Positions 54,617-63,746 of a stretch of DNA of 64,000 nt are shown in pieces (within the stretch, counting starts at the first letter, position 1; every line of letters starts with the position of its first letter). The notes beneath the pieces are model-generated. The model had not been told where the DNA came from. It was given only the letters and a program-made list of their open reading frames with translations, and did no database searches. The DNA lies in IMG/VR virus record IMGVR_UViG_3300033388_005265, positions 32,001 to 96,000 of that record. One strand, given 5' to 3'. This stretch comes from a virus. Position numbers and translations under genes: made by a program.

Positions 54617-54822
54617 TGGCTAACTCCTTTTTTATCATTCTTTCTACGTCTCATTTGTGTTGTAACTCGTCTTGCTTCAGACATAGAAACAGCACTTTTT
54701 ACATTTTTATTTTGACATATAGGACATTCATCTTTATTGTCCTCTCCCACTCTATGCCATCTTGCGAAACAATTCCTGCATATTGAGATCATTTCTCTCT
54801 CCTCAGTTTTATTTAATCGCAC
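54613..54822 (-). CDS. zinc-ribbon protein
   Basis: CRNC...CPIC. Confidence 0.55.
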   Translation of the reverse strand: MRLNKTEEREMISICRNCFARWHRVGEDNKDECPICQNKNVKSAVSMSEARRVTTQMRRRKNDKKGVSH

Positions 54823-54885
54823 TCCTCCATTATGTATATATCGCCTACCTTTTGCTTAAGCTTCAGGGTTCTTCCTTTATCATCC

Positions 54886-55467
54886 TTAAAAAGGTTGCTC
54901 CCATTCTTCAATAGGACCATCTCCTGGCCATCCTCCAAGTTCTGAGTTAAAAGTGATCTTGGGTCCTCGCTCTTCGACACTCTCAACTTTATCATTATTG
55001 CTCCCTTGTTTAACTATATTAACTAATCTTCGCATACTTCTGATATCGCTATTTTTAACGATATTTAATTTTTCTTCAAGCCCTCTTTTCTGTGTGCTTA
55101 AAGTATTCTCTCTATCTATAGACGCATAGAGATCCTGTCTTAATTTTCTTCCTTCTTTTTCTATCCATCTTGCATCTTCTATTAGCGTTCTCATATCTTG
55201 AAGCATATACATTATATCTTTTGCTGTATCAAGCTGAACATTTATTTTATCAATATTCCCTATTGAACAAGTTAAACTATCCATAGCTAACATAGCTGCA
55301 TCAAGCAATGGATCAGCAGAATATCTAGGTTTTTGTATCTGGTTATAATGATCTGCATAGTCGTCATAGCTATCAACAACATTTCCATATTGATCCATTT
55401 GTAGATTTTGCCAATCCATGTCTGGAGCAGCAGCACTGGTTGACTTAAGCTTCATCTTTGACCTCAT
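54886..55467 (-). CDS. coiled-coil hypothetical protein
   Basis: 193 aa. Confidence 0.55.
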   Translation of the reverse strand: MRSKMKLKSTSAAAPDMDWQNLQMDQYGNVVDSYDDYADHYNQIQKPRYSADPLLDAAMLAMDSLTCSIGNIDKINVQLDTAKDIMYMLQDMRTLIEDARWIEKEGRKLRQDLYASIDRENTLSTQKRGLEEKLNIVKNSDIRSMRRLVNIVKQGSNNDKVESVEERGPKITFNSELGGWPGDGPIEEWEQPF

Positions 55468-55826
55468 GATAAACCCTTTCTAAACAATTTAGCAGTCTTA
55501 TTAGCAGCAGAGAACTGTTCTCCAATCTTTTTGTATTGTCTTAAGTCTTTTTCTAGCTGAACTACATGTTTTTCTATATTGATTATTTTTACTGTTAAGT
55601 CTTCATTTTCTCTTGTTAAATCAGACAAGTTTTCACATTCTTCTTTCCAGTATGCCACTTCGCTATGAGCATCGCTTAGCTCTTCTTCTAGACGTTCTGT
55701 AATATCTGTATCAATAAGATTTACAGTATCATGTATTCTAGTTAGTTCATCTGTAACTTTTTGCGGCATCTTTTCATAACATAGTAGATACCATAATCTG
55801 TTTGAAATACTATTCAGATAGTCCAT
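55464..55826 (-). CDS. coiled-coil hypothetical protein
   Basis: Packed ORF. Confidence 0.55.
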   Translation of the reverse strand: MDYLNSISNRLWYLLCYEKMPQKVTDELTRIHDTVNLIDTDITERLEEELSDAHSEVAYWKEECENLSDLTRENEDLTVKIINIEKHVVQLEKDLRQYKKIGEQFSAANKTAKLFRKGLS

Positions 55827-56385
55827 TTTTAGCTACCTTTCTCAGGTTCTTTATATTTGTAGTTCTTCTAATACCACCAAATACATCTTTTAAAGTCTCT
55901 ATTTCCTTTGCTAGTATCTTAAGTTCTTTATCCTTATCCTTAGCATGCTTATGTAATGCAGAGTTCTCTTTTCTTAAGCGATCTATTGTAGTAAGTACTG
56001 GTCCTTTGTCTCCTTTAGCACCAGCTACTCTTCTAACTCTACGTCTCACTGTATTCTCTCTTGATTCATCCTTAACAATAGTCTCAATTTTATCTTGATC
56101 TTCAAATGTCTTAGCCATATCCATAGCCATAGTCTTTACATCAGCTATTGATAGTCCCAAGGACAATATACTATTACTAAGGTCGTCATGTCCCATCATC
56201 CTCTCTTCATCAAGAATATTGATGACCTTGCTCCATAGTCTCTTTACTTCTTTATTAGCTTCTGTAACGTCTTGCTTAGAGTATACATCTTTTCTCTTGT
56301 CACCACTGGTAAGGGTTCCATTATCTTTGGCATCATCATACTTCTTCCTTATCTTTTTAAATTCATCACTACGTTTGGTTGCCAT
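55810..56385 (-). CDS. coiled-coil hypothetical protein
   Basis: 191 aa. Confidence 0.6.
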   Translation of the reverse strand: MATKRSDEFKKIRKKYDDAKDNGTLTSGDKRKDVYSKQDVTEANKEVKRLWSKVINILDEERMMGHDDLSNSILSLGLSIADVKTMAMDMAKTFEDQDKIETIVKDESRENTVRRRVRRVAGAKGDKGPVLTTIDRLRKENSALHKHAKDKDKELKILAKEIETLKDVFGGIRRTTNIKNLRKVAKNGLSE

Positions 56386-56662
56386 TCTGTATCACTCTTT
56401 TCCATCCGGATATAGGCTTATCTTTTTCATATACAGGATTAGCGAGGTACTCAAGTACCTCCTCAATATCATAGCATGGGTTAACACTTAAACTGTTCTC
56501 ACCCATTGTATAATCAGTACCATAGTCATGGTTCTTAAACCTATGAGCTTCAGCATTCATCCATGCAACAGCCCTAGCAGTAGACAGGTATATCTTAAGC
56601 CAATTATCAAGTATCGTATCCCGTCTTACTATGATCTCTTGTTTAGGCTCTGGTCTTTTCAT
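56369..56662 (-). CDS. hypothetical protein
   Basis: Packed ORF. Confidence 0.5.
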   Translation of the reverse strand: MKRPEPKQEIIVRRDTILDNWLKIYLSTARAVAWMNAEAHRFKNHDYGTDYTMGENSLSVNPCYDIEEVLEYLANPVYEKDKPISGWKRVIQNGNQT

Positions 56663-56825
56663 CTATTTCTTTGTTCAATTGTTTAAGTCTTTCTGTAACC
56701 TTGGCTAACTCTTCAGTAGCCTCTGCTTTAGCAGCCTTTACGTCAAACCGGTGCTTTACAAGCACACGTATAGTTCTCCATGAAGCCCATAGGTTATCGT
56801 ATATCTTCTCAAGTTTCTTTTTCAT
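56643..56825 (-). CDS. hypothetical protein
   Basis: Packed ORF. Confidence 0.45.
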   Translation of the reverse strand: MKKKLEKIYDNLWASWRTIRVLVKHRFDVKAAKAEATEELAKVTERLKQLNKEIDEKTRA

Positions 56826-57012
56826 CTCTTTCTCCGTTCCACTCCCAGTGCTTACATGCAGGCATATACATTCCTAGACCACATACATCAGTGTCCTTCT
56901 CATAGAATCTGCAGTTATTACATGTCTTTGCCGGCAAGTTTTTATTACAGTAGTAATATATGGTTAAAAATATAACAAGTATAACTATTCCTGTTACTAT
57001 GTATCCAATCAT
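56809..57012 (-). CDS. membrane-anchored Cys-rich protein
   Basis: TM segment followed by CNNC..C..C. Confidence 0.55.
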   Translation of the reverse strand: MIGYIVTGIVILVIFLTIYYYCNKNLPAKTCNNCRFYEKDTDVCGLGMYMPACKHWEWNGERDEKET

Positions 57013-57187
57013 TATGCTTCTCCTTTAATACGTTGTGGAGCTACTCCATCCTTTAGGATTACCCAAACGGTAACACAAGGAATTAAGTTAATACAGAACC
57101 TCTTAGTATTATCTGAATAATGAACACCTATCCAGAAGCTTCTAAGTCGGAATAATATTCCTATTGATTTTAGTCTAAACATTGTAT

Positions 57188-57439
57188 TTATTCTTCTTTA
57201 TATGCCTCAAAGTATTTCTTTATCTTATCATTTTCTGCTTTTGCTATGGCATCTATAACATGGCCTTGTTTTGTTACAACAAGATACACTATGTATGGTG
57301 CACATAGCAACAGAAGCATTGACGTAAAGCTAGCTTTCTTAGCCTTAGTTTCTCTAACTGCATGAATTCCTGCAGCAATAAGTATATTTAAGATAAATAT
57401 TTCTACACATGTTAACAATACTGTTATTATGACTGGCAT
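57188..57439 (-). CDS. membrane protein
   Basis: Two TM segments. Confidence 0.55.
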   Translation of the reverse strand: MPVIITVLLTCVEIFILNILIAAGIHAVRETKAKKASFTSMLLLLCAPYIVYLVVTKQGHVIDAIAKAENDKIKKYFEAYKEE

Positions 57440-57753
57440 TCTTCTTCTCCTGCTTTACCTGGCGGCATGCCTACTGCTATGTAGCATTCTGTACAATAGA
57501 ATTCACCAGTCTCTTCGTTATATGTGCCTTCTTCTTTCTTGACATACTCGACAGGAGTTATGCCTTCTTCTCTAGAGAAGCTAACATACTCATCTATCTC
57601 GTCAGGTGTACATCCACACTTTCTGCATGTTATTGGTTCTATGAACTCACAATGCTCATTACACTGAGGACACAAGCCTAATGTTGACCAATCAGGACCA
57701 TCTTCAGATACTAGTCCATCTTCTGACCAGCAGCAGTTGCTAACCTTTTCCAT
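57427..57753 (-). CDS. multi-zinc-finger protein
   Basis: CPQC.EHC, CRKC, CTEC. Confidence 0.6.
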   Translation of the reverse strand: MEKVSNCCWSEDGLVSEDGPDWSTLGLCPQCNEHCEFIEPITCRKCGCTPDEIDEYVSFSREEGITPVEYVKKEEGTYNEETGEFYCTECYIAVGMPPGKAGEEECQS

Positions 57754-58118
57754 TACTTTCTCCTGTGTCTAGCTTTTACTCTTTTCTTAACACGCAGCCT
57801 ATTGACTTTCTTTTTCCTGCCTCTATGTGAAGGTCTTGATGATCTGGCATCTGTTAAGAACATACTTCTTGAGAAGTCTTTTCTTAATGCCCATGGATCC
57901 ATGTACCCTTTCATATCTTCAACAGATCTTAGTATCATTCTTAATGGCTCTATATATCGCATCTGTTCAGTCTCCTTAAATGTACCTAATGTGTCTATTA
58001 CTATAACACCACCTTTAGATTCTTCACTAACACGCATATTTGCATAAGCTTGACGTAGAGCAGCTAACAATACTTCTCGTGATCCTGCTCCATCATGCAC
58101 CATTAATATTCTGCCCAT
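57753..58118 (-). CDS. hypothetical protein with basic tail
   Basis: Packed ORF. Confidence 0.5.
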   Translation of the reverse strand: MGRILMVHDGAGSREVLLAALRQAYANMRVSEESKGGVIVIDTLGTFKETEQMRYIEPLRMILRSVEDMKGYMDPWALRKDFSRSMFLTDARSSRPSHRGRKKKVNRLRVKKRVKARHRRK

Positions 58119-58175
58119 GCCTTCTCCGCGCCGCTTATTTCATAGCTCACTCCCAAGCTGTCTTGGTATAGTTCG

Positions 58176-58430
58176 CTATGTCTTTTTTCTGATTCCTGCT
58201 TTGATAACTTTTCTTAACACTGACTTAGAATCTTCTGGTTTCTTTCTTATTGCAAACCATTGGCCACCTGTTGGAAAACCAACATGCTGTAAGTTTGCAT
58301 ATTTGAATGTGCCACTGTTTCTATACCATAGTTTATCACCATGGTGTACAACGCCAAATTCACCTACTTCTTCCCATCCTTTTGGGATAAACTTTCTTGC
58401 AAATCTAGCCATTTTACTTTTAGTTCCCAT
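58176..58430 (-). CDS. hypothetical protein
   Basis: Packed ORF. Confidence 0.5.
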   Translation of the reverse strand: MGTKSKMARFARKFIPKGWEEVGEFGVVHHGDKLWYRNSGTFKYANLQHVGFPTGGQWFAIRKKPEDSKSVLRKVIKAGIRKKT

Positions 58431-58434
58431 AGTA

Positions 58435-58629
58435 TCACCAAGTAAACACTATCTGCTCGTCATCAGTAATAAGTAGTATTTTATATCCTTCTTTCAGAAG
58501 TATATCATTTATAAAGATACTTGTATCTCCCAGGTCGACATACAATGCATTCTTGTTCTGATCAATAGCATCAGATATCTTTACACGGATATCCTGTAGC
58601 TTTTCTTGATCCTTCTTATCCAGCCTCAT
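58435..58629 (-). CDS. hypothetical protein
   Basis: Packed ORF. Confidence 0.45.
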   Translation of the reverse strand: MRLDKKDQEKLQDIRVKISDAIDQNKNALYVDLGDTSIFINDILLKEGYKILLITDDEQIVFTW

Positions 58630-58816
58630 CTTCTTTCTTTTCCTCTTCTTTTGGTTTTAAGAGCGCTTTGATTTCTTCAAGCTCATAACTAAGCAGGAGA
58701 TATGCGATGACTATTGCAAGTAGTTCCATGATTCTGGTACCTCTATCTTTTTTAGGTAAATAAGTATTTTTCATGTTTATATTATAGTAAGATATAAGTT
58801 ACTATAAGGAGAAAAT

Positions 58817-59308
58817 ATGAGCGAATACTATAAAGCATGGCGAGCAGCTAATATGGATCATATAAGAGAGTATGATAAAGAATATCATAATACTCATAAA
58901 GATCGAATTAATAAAAATCGTAGAGCATGGAAAGCGGCCAATTCAGACAAAGTAGCAGCAACTAGGAAAAAGCATCATGAACGTAATAAGGATAAAATGA
59001 ACGCAAAAACTAAAGCATATAAAATAGCTAATCCAGACAAAGTAAAAGCATGGAATGCTAAACGTCGTGCTGCTAAACTTCAACGAACAGTAGCTTGGGC
59101 TGATGATCAAGCAATCAAAGATATCTATAAAGATTGTGAAGAAATCAACTTAGCTTTTAAAGCAGCCGGTTGTACTGAAACTTTTGTAGTAGACCATGTT
59201 GTTCCTCTTGTAGGTAAACTTGTATCTGGCTTACACGTGGAATATAACCTAGATATTATTACTACAGCCGAAAACTTATCTAAGAATAATAAATTTATCC
59301 CGCACTAA
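58817..59308 (+). CDS. HNH homing endonuclease, YRxxN-repeat family (copy 4, no N-terminal Zn finger)
   Basis: RRAAKLQRTVAWAD...VDHVVPLVGKLVSGLHVEYNL. Confidence 0.9.
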   Translation: MSEYYKAWRAANMDHIREYDKEYHNTHKDRINKNRRAWKAANSDKVAATRKKHHERNKDKMNAKTKAYKIANPDKVKAWNAKRRAAKLQRTVAWADDQAIKDIYKDCEEINLAFKAAGCTETFVVDHVVPLVGKLVSGLHVEYNLDIITTAENLSKNNKFIPH

Positions 59309-60267
59309 ACGGGAATTTCCATCCATTCTTCAGGCACATAGCCTGAGTCGGTTAGTCTATCGTTATGAATATTTATCCAATCATCTCTATACTCAGGATT
59401 AAATATAGCCACGGTATAGAATTTCGGATAGGTGAGCATGCCACTGTCACCGCGTACCATAATATATCTATTTTTAGGAGCAGTGTCTATTGGTTTCCAC
59501 TTTGACTCTGACTCCGGCTTAACTACCTCTTCTTTGGTAGGTATCTTGGCAACTATGTTGTTGAAATCAATACCAAGAGCACCTCTTTTCTTTACAGGCT
59601 TTAGATACTCTTCAGCACTAACAATTTTACAGCCACGATTCACACAATCTGATTTTTGATCGAAGCCTTCACCGGTATCAACATAGATACACTTCTGGTT
59701 GTAATGATTTAGTCCATCCCAGTCTGGAACGTCTTGAGTTCTTTTTCTAGCTCTTCTTCTAACTGCATTCCATTCTTCTTTTGTTTCACAGAGCACAGCT
59801 CTTTCTTTAATTGTTCTTCTTGGTGGATGCAGATATTCTGATGCTGTTAATACTTCATAGTTATTTCTAAGACAGTCATCTCTTCTATCGAAGCCATTAT
59901 GTCTATCAAGATAGATACATATGTCACCATAGTGACTAACAGCTCCCCAGTCTGCTACACTAGGTAAATTAGCCTTAGCTTTAACTGCGTCCCACTCAGT
60001 TCCTGTTTTACATAGTACTGCTATTTTTTTATCCATTCTTCTTGAGGTTGGTCCTTTATATTGGTCTGCTGTAATGATCTCATAGCCATTGCGAATACAA
60101 GCTTCTTGTGGATCACAGCCTTTATGCTCATCATAAACATAGACACATATATCATTATAGTGTCTAGCTGTTCTCCAATTCATTATGCCGGATTTACCAG
60201 CTTTAAGCTTGGTATCTTCCCACTCTTGCTCGTTTTTACACAATACTGCTACTTTTTCATTAGCCAT
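59305..60267 (-). CDS. three tandem ~70-aa domains plus C-terminal DUF551-like domain
   Basis: 3x AVLC....EW.....A....DW....HY...C.Y.....G.D...C....Y....A..Y; WKPIDTAPK...WMEIP. Confidence 0.75.
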   Translation of the reverse strand: MANEKVAVLCKNEQEWEDTKLKAGKSGIMNWRTARHYNDICVYVYDEHKGCDPQEACIRNGYEIITADQYKGPTSRRMDKKIAVLCKTGTEWDAVKAKANLPSVADWGAVSHYGDICIYLDRHNGFDRRDDCLRNNYEVLTASEYLHPPRRTIKERAVLCETKEEWNAVRRRARKRTQDVPDWDGLNHYNQKCIYVDTGEGFDQKSDCVNRGCKIVSAEEYLKPVKKRGALGIDFNNIVAKIPTKEEVVKPESESKWKPIDTAPKNRYIMVRGDSGMLTYPKFYTVAIFNPEYRDDWINIHNDRLTDSGYVPEEWMEIPV

Positions 60268-60274
60268 GATTGTA

Positions 60275-60688
60275 TTAACTTCTTTTAAGCTGACTTAACA
60301 GCGAGCTTATTGCCATTGCCTTAGGAGCTACAATACGTTCAATATTACATAGTGTCATTAATATGCCACCAGCTGATATGAAGCATCCAATCAAAACAGC
60401 AATTGTTACGCTTTCTGAATAGTCGTTATACAGAGTAGTCTTGAAGTTACTGCTGCCAATAGTATAATACTTGTCAGCCTGTGCTATTGCATCAGGATAC
60501 ATCAGGAATATAAATATTGGGCCTAATAGGCATAAGAATATCCCACCGCCTGTCCATACAAAGCCGCGTATCTTTTCAAGTACCGTATACTCAGGGATGA
60601 TTGCAGTAGCACCCATGCCAAGCTTTTCAGCGATCTTATCAATTGTATTGGTTAGCTCAAGTGAGAACTCTATTTCTTTCTTAGCCAT
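60275..60688 (-). CDS. membrane protein
   Basis: Two TM segments. Confidence 0.6.
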   Translation of the reverse strand: MAKKEIEFSLELTNTIDKIAEKLGMGATAIIPEYTVLEKIRGFVWTGGGIFLCLLGPIFIFLMYPDAIAQADKYYTIGSSNFKTTLYNDYSESVTIAVLIGCFISAGGILMTLCNIERIVAPKAMAISSLLSQLKRS

Positions 60689-61010
60689 GATATTACTCCC
60701 GGTTAATTGATTAATTACTTACGTATATACAGAAGGCTATTCCCAGGAAGAATCCTGAGAGCAGATATCCAGCGCCATTACCTAGACCAGTGAATACACC
60801 TGCTAACACCAGGCATCCTATACCGATCTTATTGTCGGTACTGATAGCTTTCATATCCTGTTACCAGCTTTAGTCTTAAGCTCAGTAGTTATAGCACTAC
60901 CACCTTTTTCAATATACCTGGCAGTATTACTTACGTTAATGATGCCATAGTATGCTAGCAGTATTGCTACAATAAACCCAGCCGTGAATCCTATTCCAAG
61001 TCTTATCATC

Positions 61011-61439
61011 CTATTCGCCTCCGTCTCTTATTTCCATAAGCATTTTGCCTAGGTGATTTTGACCAGTTCCTGACTTACATCTAGAGCATACACAGTTGCC
61101 CCAGTAATTATCATGCCAGTTATTGGTCTCTACTATTTCGCCTTTACTGGCGTCAAGCCTTGTTCTCCACGTAGTTCCACGAGCAAACTTTTGATTCAAT
61201 GCTTTACGCATTACTATCAGCTTGCCAAGACTCCAGTCAGGCCTATATTCAAAGTCCTTTACCTTTCTCTTGGCATCATAAGGATTCATCTTAGCGATAG
61301 CTTCTCTGTCTGGCATCCTGGCGCATTTAGCAGCCTGGTACATGTTTTCAACAGTCTTATGCGATATACCATCGTCATCAATGATAGGCTTATCACATTC
61401 CAGCATGTTACTGAACCAGTTCTTAATCCATTTAGGCAT
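61011..61439 (-). CDS. NADAR (YbiA-like) protein
   Basis: WFSN, TVENMYQAAK, M..AL..KF, E.N.WHD.YWG, G.NHLGK.LMEIR. Confidence 0.9.
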   Translation of the reverse strand: MPKWIKNWFSNMLECDKPIIDDDGISHKTVENMYQAAKCARMPDREAIAKMNPYDAKRKVKDFEYRPDWSLGKLIVMRKALNQKFARGTTWRTRLDASKGEIVETNNWHDNYWGNCVCSRCKSGTGQNHLGKMLMEIRDGGE

Positions 61440-61441
61440 GA

Positions 61442-61702
61442 TTATTTCTCCTCATTGGCTAATTCTGCTAATACATCTCCATGGCATGCCCTTGGTGCAC
61501 ACCAACAACCTAAAGTTTTTCCTTTAAGCTCATGTAATGAGCTCATAAGAACCGGTTGTTCTACAACCCACGCTCTATACTTCTTTACGACATCCTCACG
61601 TGTACCGTCTTTACCAATCTCAAAAGGGTTGCCCCATTTGCCAGGTCTTCCTATGTACACATCGAACTTCTTTTTTTTGCAATGAACTACGTTATCTCCC
61701 AT
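61442..61702 (-). CDS. DUF4326 protein
   Basis: VYIGRPGKWGNPF, L.ELKGK.LGCWC.P..CHGDVL. Confidence 0.9.
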   Translation of the reverse strand: MGDNVVHCKKKKFDVYIGRPGKWGNPFEIGKDGTREDVVKKYRAWVVEQPVLMSSLHELKGKTLGCWCAPRACHGDVLAELANEEK

Positions 61703-61735
61703 GTCTTTCTCCTCTCTTGAATTACCAAGGAGAAA

Positions 61736-61999
61736 TCATAAGAGTGGGTGTAGTACCCAGGTTGTACCAGAGTTGAATATTGGGGAGGGGACAGCAGTAA
61801 GACCACACTCATGTATGATCTTTAATGCGTCTTCTTTTTTGATAGTTACTTTTACTCCATCTACTTCAGTGAGCCTGTATTCGTCTTTCCATTGTAACAC
61901 AGCTACATTAGTATCGAACAACTCTATGATTGCATCGACATCTATGTCACATGGCCCAGTACTGGGCATATGTATGAGTTTATCTTTAACTCTGCTCAT
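61736..61999 (-). CDS. hypothetical protein
   Basis: Packed ORF. Confidence 0.5.
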   Translation of the reverse strand: MSRVKDKLIHMPSTGPCDIDVDAIIELFDTNVAVLQWKDEYRLTEVDGVKVTIKKEDALKIIHECGLTAVPSPIFNSGTTWVLHPLL

Positions 62000-62233
62000 C
62001 TTCTTTTATCTTCCTTAGTTCTATAACAGCATTAACCATTGAATAGGTCTGATTCATAGCAGCCATAGCAAAGTCTGATGCGTAGTTATACACTCCACAC
62101 TCACCTATTATAGCTAATAGTCCTTCTGCTATCTCTTCTTCAGACTTTCCCATAAGTTCTTTGAACTTTGGAGTTATCTTTTCATCTATTTTATATTTCT
62201 TAAGAGAAAGAATAAGAGTTTGCGGGCATCTTT

Positions 62234-62524
62234 TTAAATAATACTCTTAATCATGTTACGCTTAAACACTCTATTGTCATCTTCTTTTATAACAACAATA
62301 GGACCTTCAACAGGTTTAACTTTATCGAATGTCTCATCAGCTGTACACACTATATATTGCATTGTACGCTGAGTAAATTCGTTATACTTACATTCACTAC
62401 AAGCAATAGATCCTATTCTAGTTCCTTCTATTCCTGATATATCTACAGATGGCATATGAGAATATGGGCATAGCTCTTGACAATGCCCCAGGTCATCTTC
62501 TGTATAATGTAACTCTCTACTCAT
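62234..62524 (-). CDS. Cys-rich hypothetical protein
   Basis: C..LCP, CSEC; C-terminal VFKRNMIKSII. Confidence 0.55.
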   Translation of the reverse strand: MSRELHYTEDDLGHCQELCPYSHMPSVDISGIEGTRIGSIACSECKYNEFTQRTMQYIVCTADETFDKVKPVEGPIVVIKEDDNRVFKRNMIKSII

Positions 62525-62777
62525 TTTTATTTATCTCTAGAATACCAGAGGTAACCAGTGCATATCTGTCACCATAATGACACATGCCTCTGCTACATAT
62601 GTTGCCTATAAAATCACAGGCACTATCAGGTAGCTTAATAGCTACTCTATCATGAAGAACAAGAGAAGCTTCTTTGTTCTGTATTTCTAACACAACCTTG
62701 TATGGTCTGAACTCACCGTCCTTAGGTACAGTAACCTTACCAGTTAAATCTTCTATTTTGTATGGTATTAATGTCAT
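62517..62777 (-). CDS. hypothetical protein
   Basis: Packed ORF. Confidence 0.5.
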   Translation of the reverse strand: MTLIPYKIEDLTGKVTVPKDGEFRPYKVVLEIQNKEASLVLHDRVAIKLPDSACDFIGNICSRGMCHYGDRYALVTSGILEINKNE

Positions 62778-62792
62778 TATTTCACCATTGCA

Positions 62793-63347
62793 TTAGTAAT
62801 CATCTATACCATCATCAAACATGTCATCGTCGTCATCGAATACAGGCTTAATATCATTACTATTATTGTGATTGTACCTTGATCTAGCACACTGAGTGAT
62901 ATCAAATACTCTGTCACAATTGTTCTCTTGAATATCACTAAAGTCATCACATCCACTATTAAAACAGCGTATGTCTTCGACTTTTGATATAGTTGTTGAT
63001 ATTTCTATATTTTCTTTTGCTTCTATGATTGTATCATCTGTTTTACTGGCAGCATGTCTCTGTGCTACATCAACAAGCCTTCTTACTTCTTCTGGTATAT
63101 ATCTTCTTATGACACATGTCCTGCTACCCACTTCACCAGGATACTTATCAAGGTTATCTATTAACACAAAGCGATTGTTTCTTTTGCTGTATGCCATATC
63201 ACCAGACTTAAGATCTGATCCTGAGTAGTTACCAGTCTCAAACATCACAACGTATCCCTCTGGTACACGTATTATCTTATCATTAATAGATACGAAGTGT
63301 CCTTGTTGCTCACAGCTACATATCTCTTTGTCTAATTCAGTTTGCAT
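62793..63347 (-). CDS. hypothetical protein with Cys-rich segment and acidic tail
   Basis: 184 aa. Confidence 0.55.
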   Translation of the reverse strand: MQTELDKEICSCEQQGHFVSINDKIIRVPEGYVVMFETGNYSGSDLKSGDMAYSKRNNRFVLIDNLDKYPGEVGSRTCVIRRYIPEEVRRLVDVAQRHAASKTDDTIIEAKENIEISTTISKVEDIRCFNSGCDDFSDIQENNCDRVFDITQCARSRYNHNNSNDIKPVFDDDDDMFDDGIDDY

Positions 63348-63550
63348 ACAGTTGCTTTGATCTTTTTCCTTCTTGGTTTTCTTTGTTTAACCGGTCTCTC
63401 ATTAGGAGACACCTCTTTATTCTCATAGTAAGTTCTAACTGAGTGTCTAACAAATACTAGTTTACAGTTTTTACAACTATAAAACCTTGTATAGTACGCA
63501 TGTAGATTAGTTATCTTACAAGCTGGACATTTAATGTCAGTCTCTTTCAT
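63332..63550 (-). CDS. zinc-ribbon protein
   Basis: CPAC...CKNC. Confidence 0.55.
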   Translation of the reverse strand: MKETDIKCPACKITNLHAYYTRFYSCKNCKLVFVRHSVRTYYENKEVSPNERPVKQRKPRRKKIKATVCKLN

Positions 63551-63746
63551 CTTTTCTCCTTATATCGCGGGCACCTTTTTGAAGTATGACTATCTTAGTC
63601 CTAGTCCTTCTCCATACATTACACCAACAAGACATCTTATACCTATTAGTATTAAGACTCTTATACAGAGAGAACATATAACCATTAACCATTACATGGA
63701 TAGAACTACTAGTTATACTAAAGTAACTACCGTATTTCATATTCAT
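63537..63746 (-). CDS. hypothetical protein
   Basis: Packed small ORF. Confidence 0.4.
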   Translation of the reverse strand: MNMKYGSYFSITSSSIHVMVNGYMFSLYKSLNTNRYKMSCWCNVWRRTRTKIVILQKGARDIRRKDERD

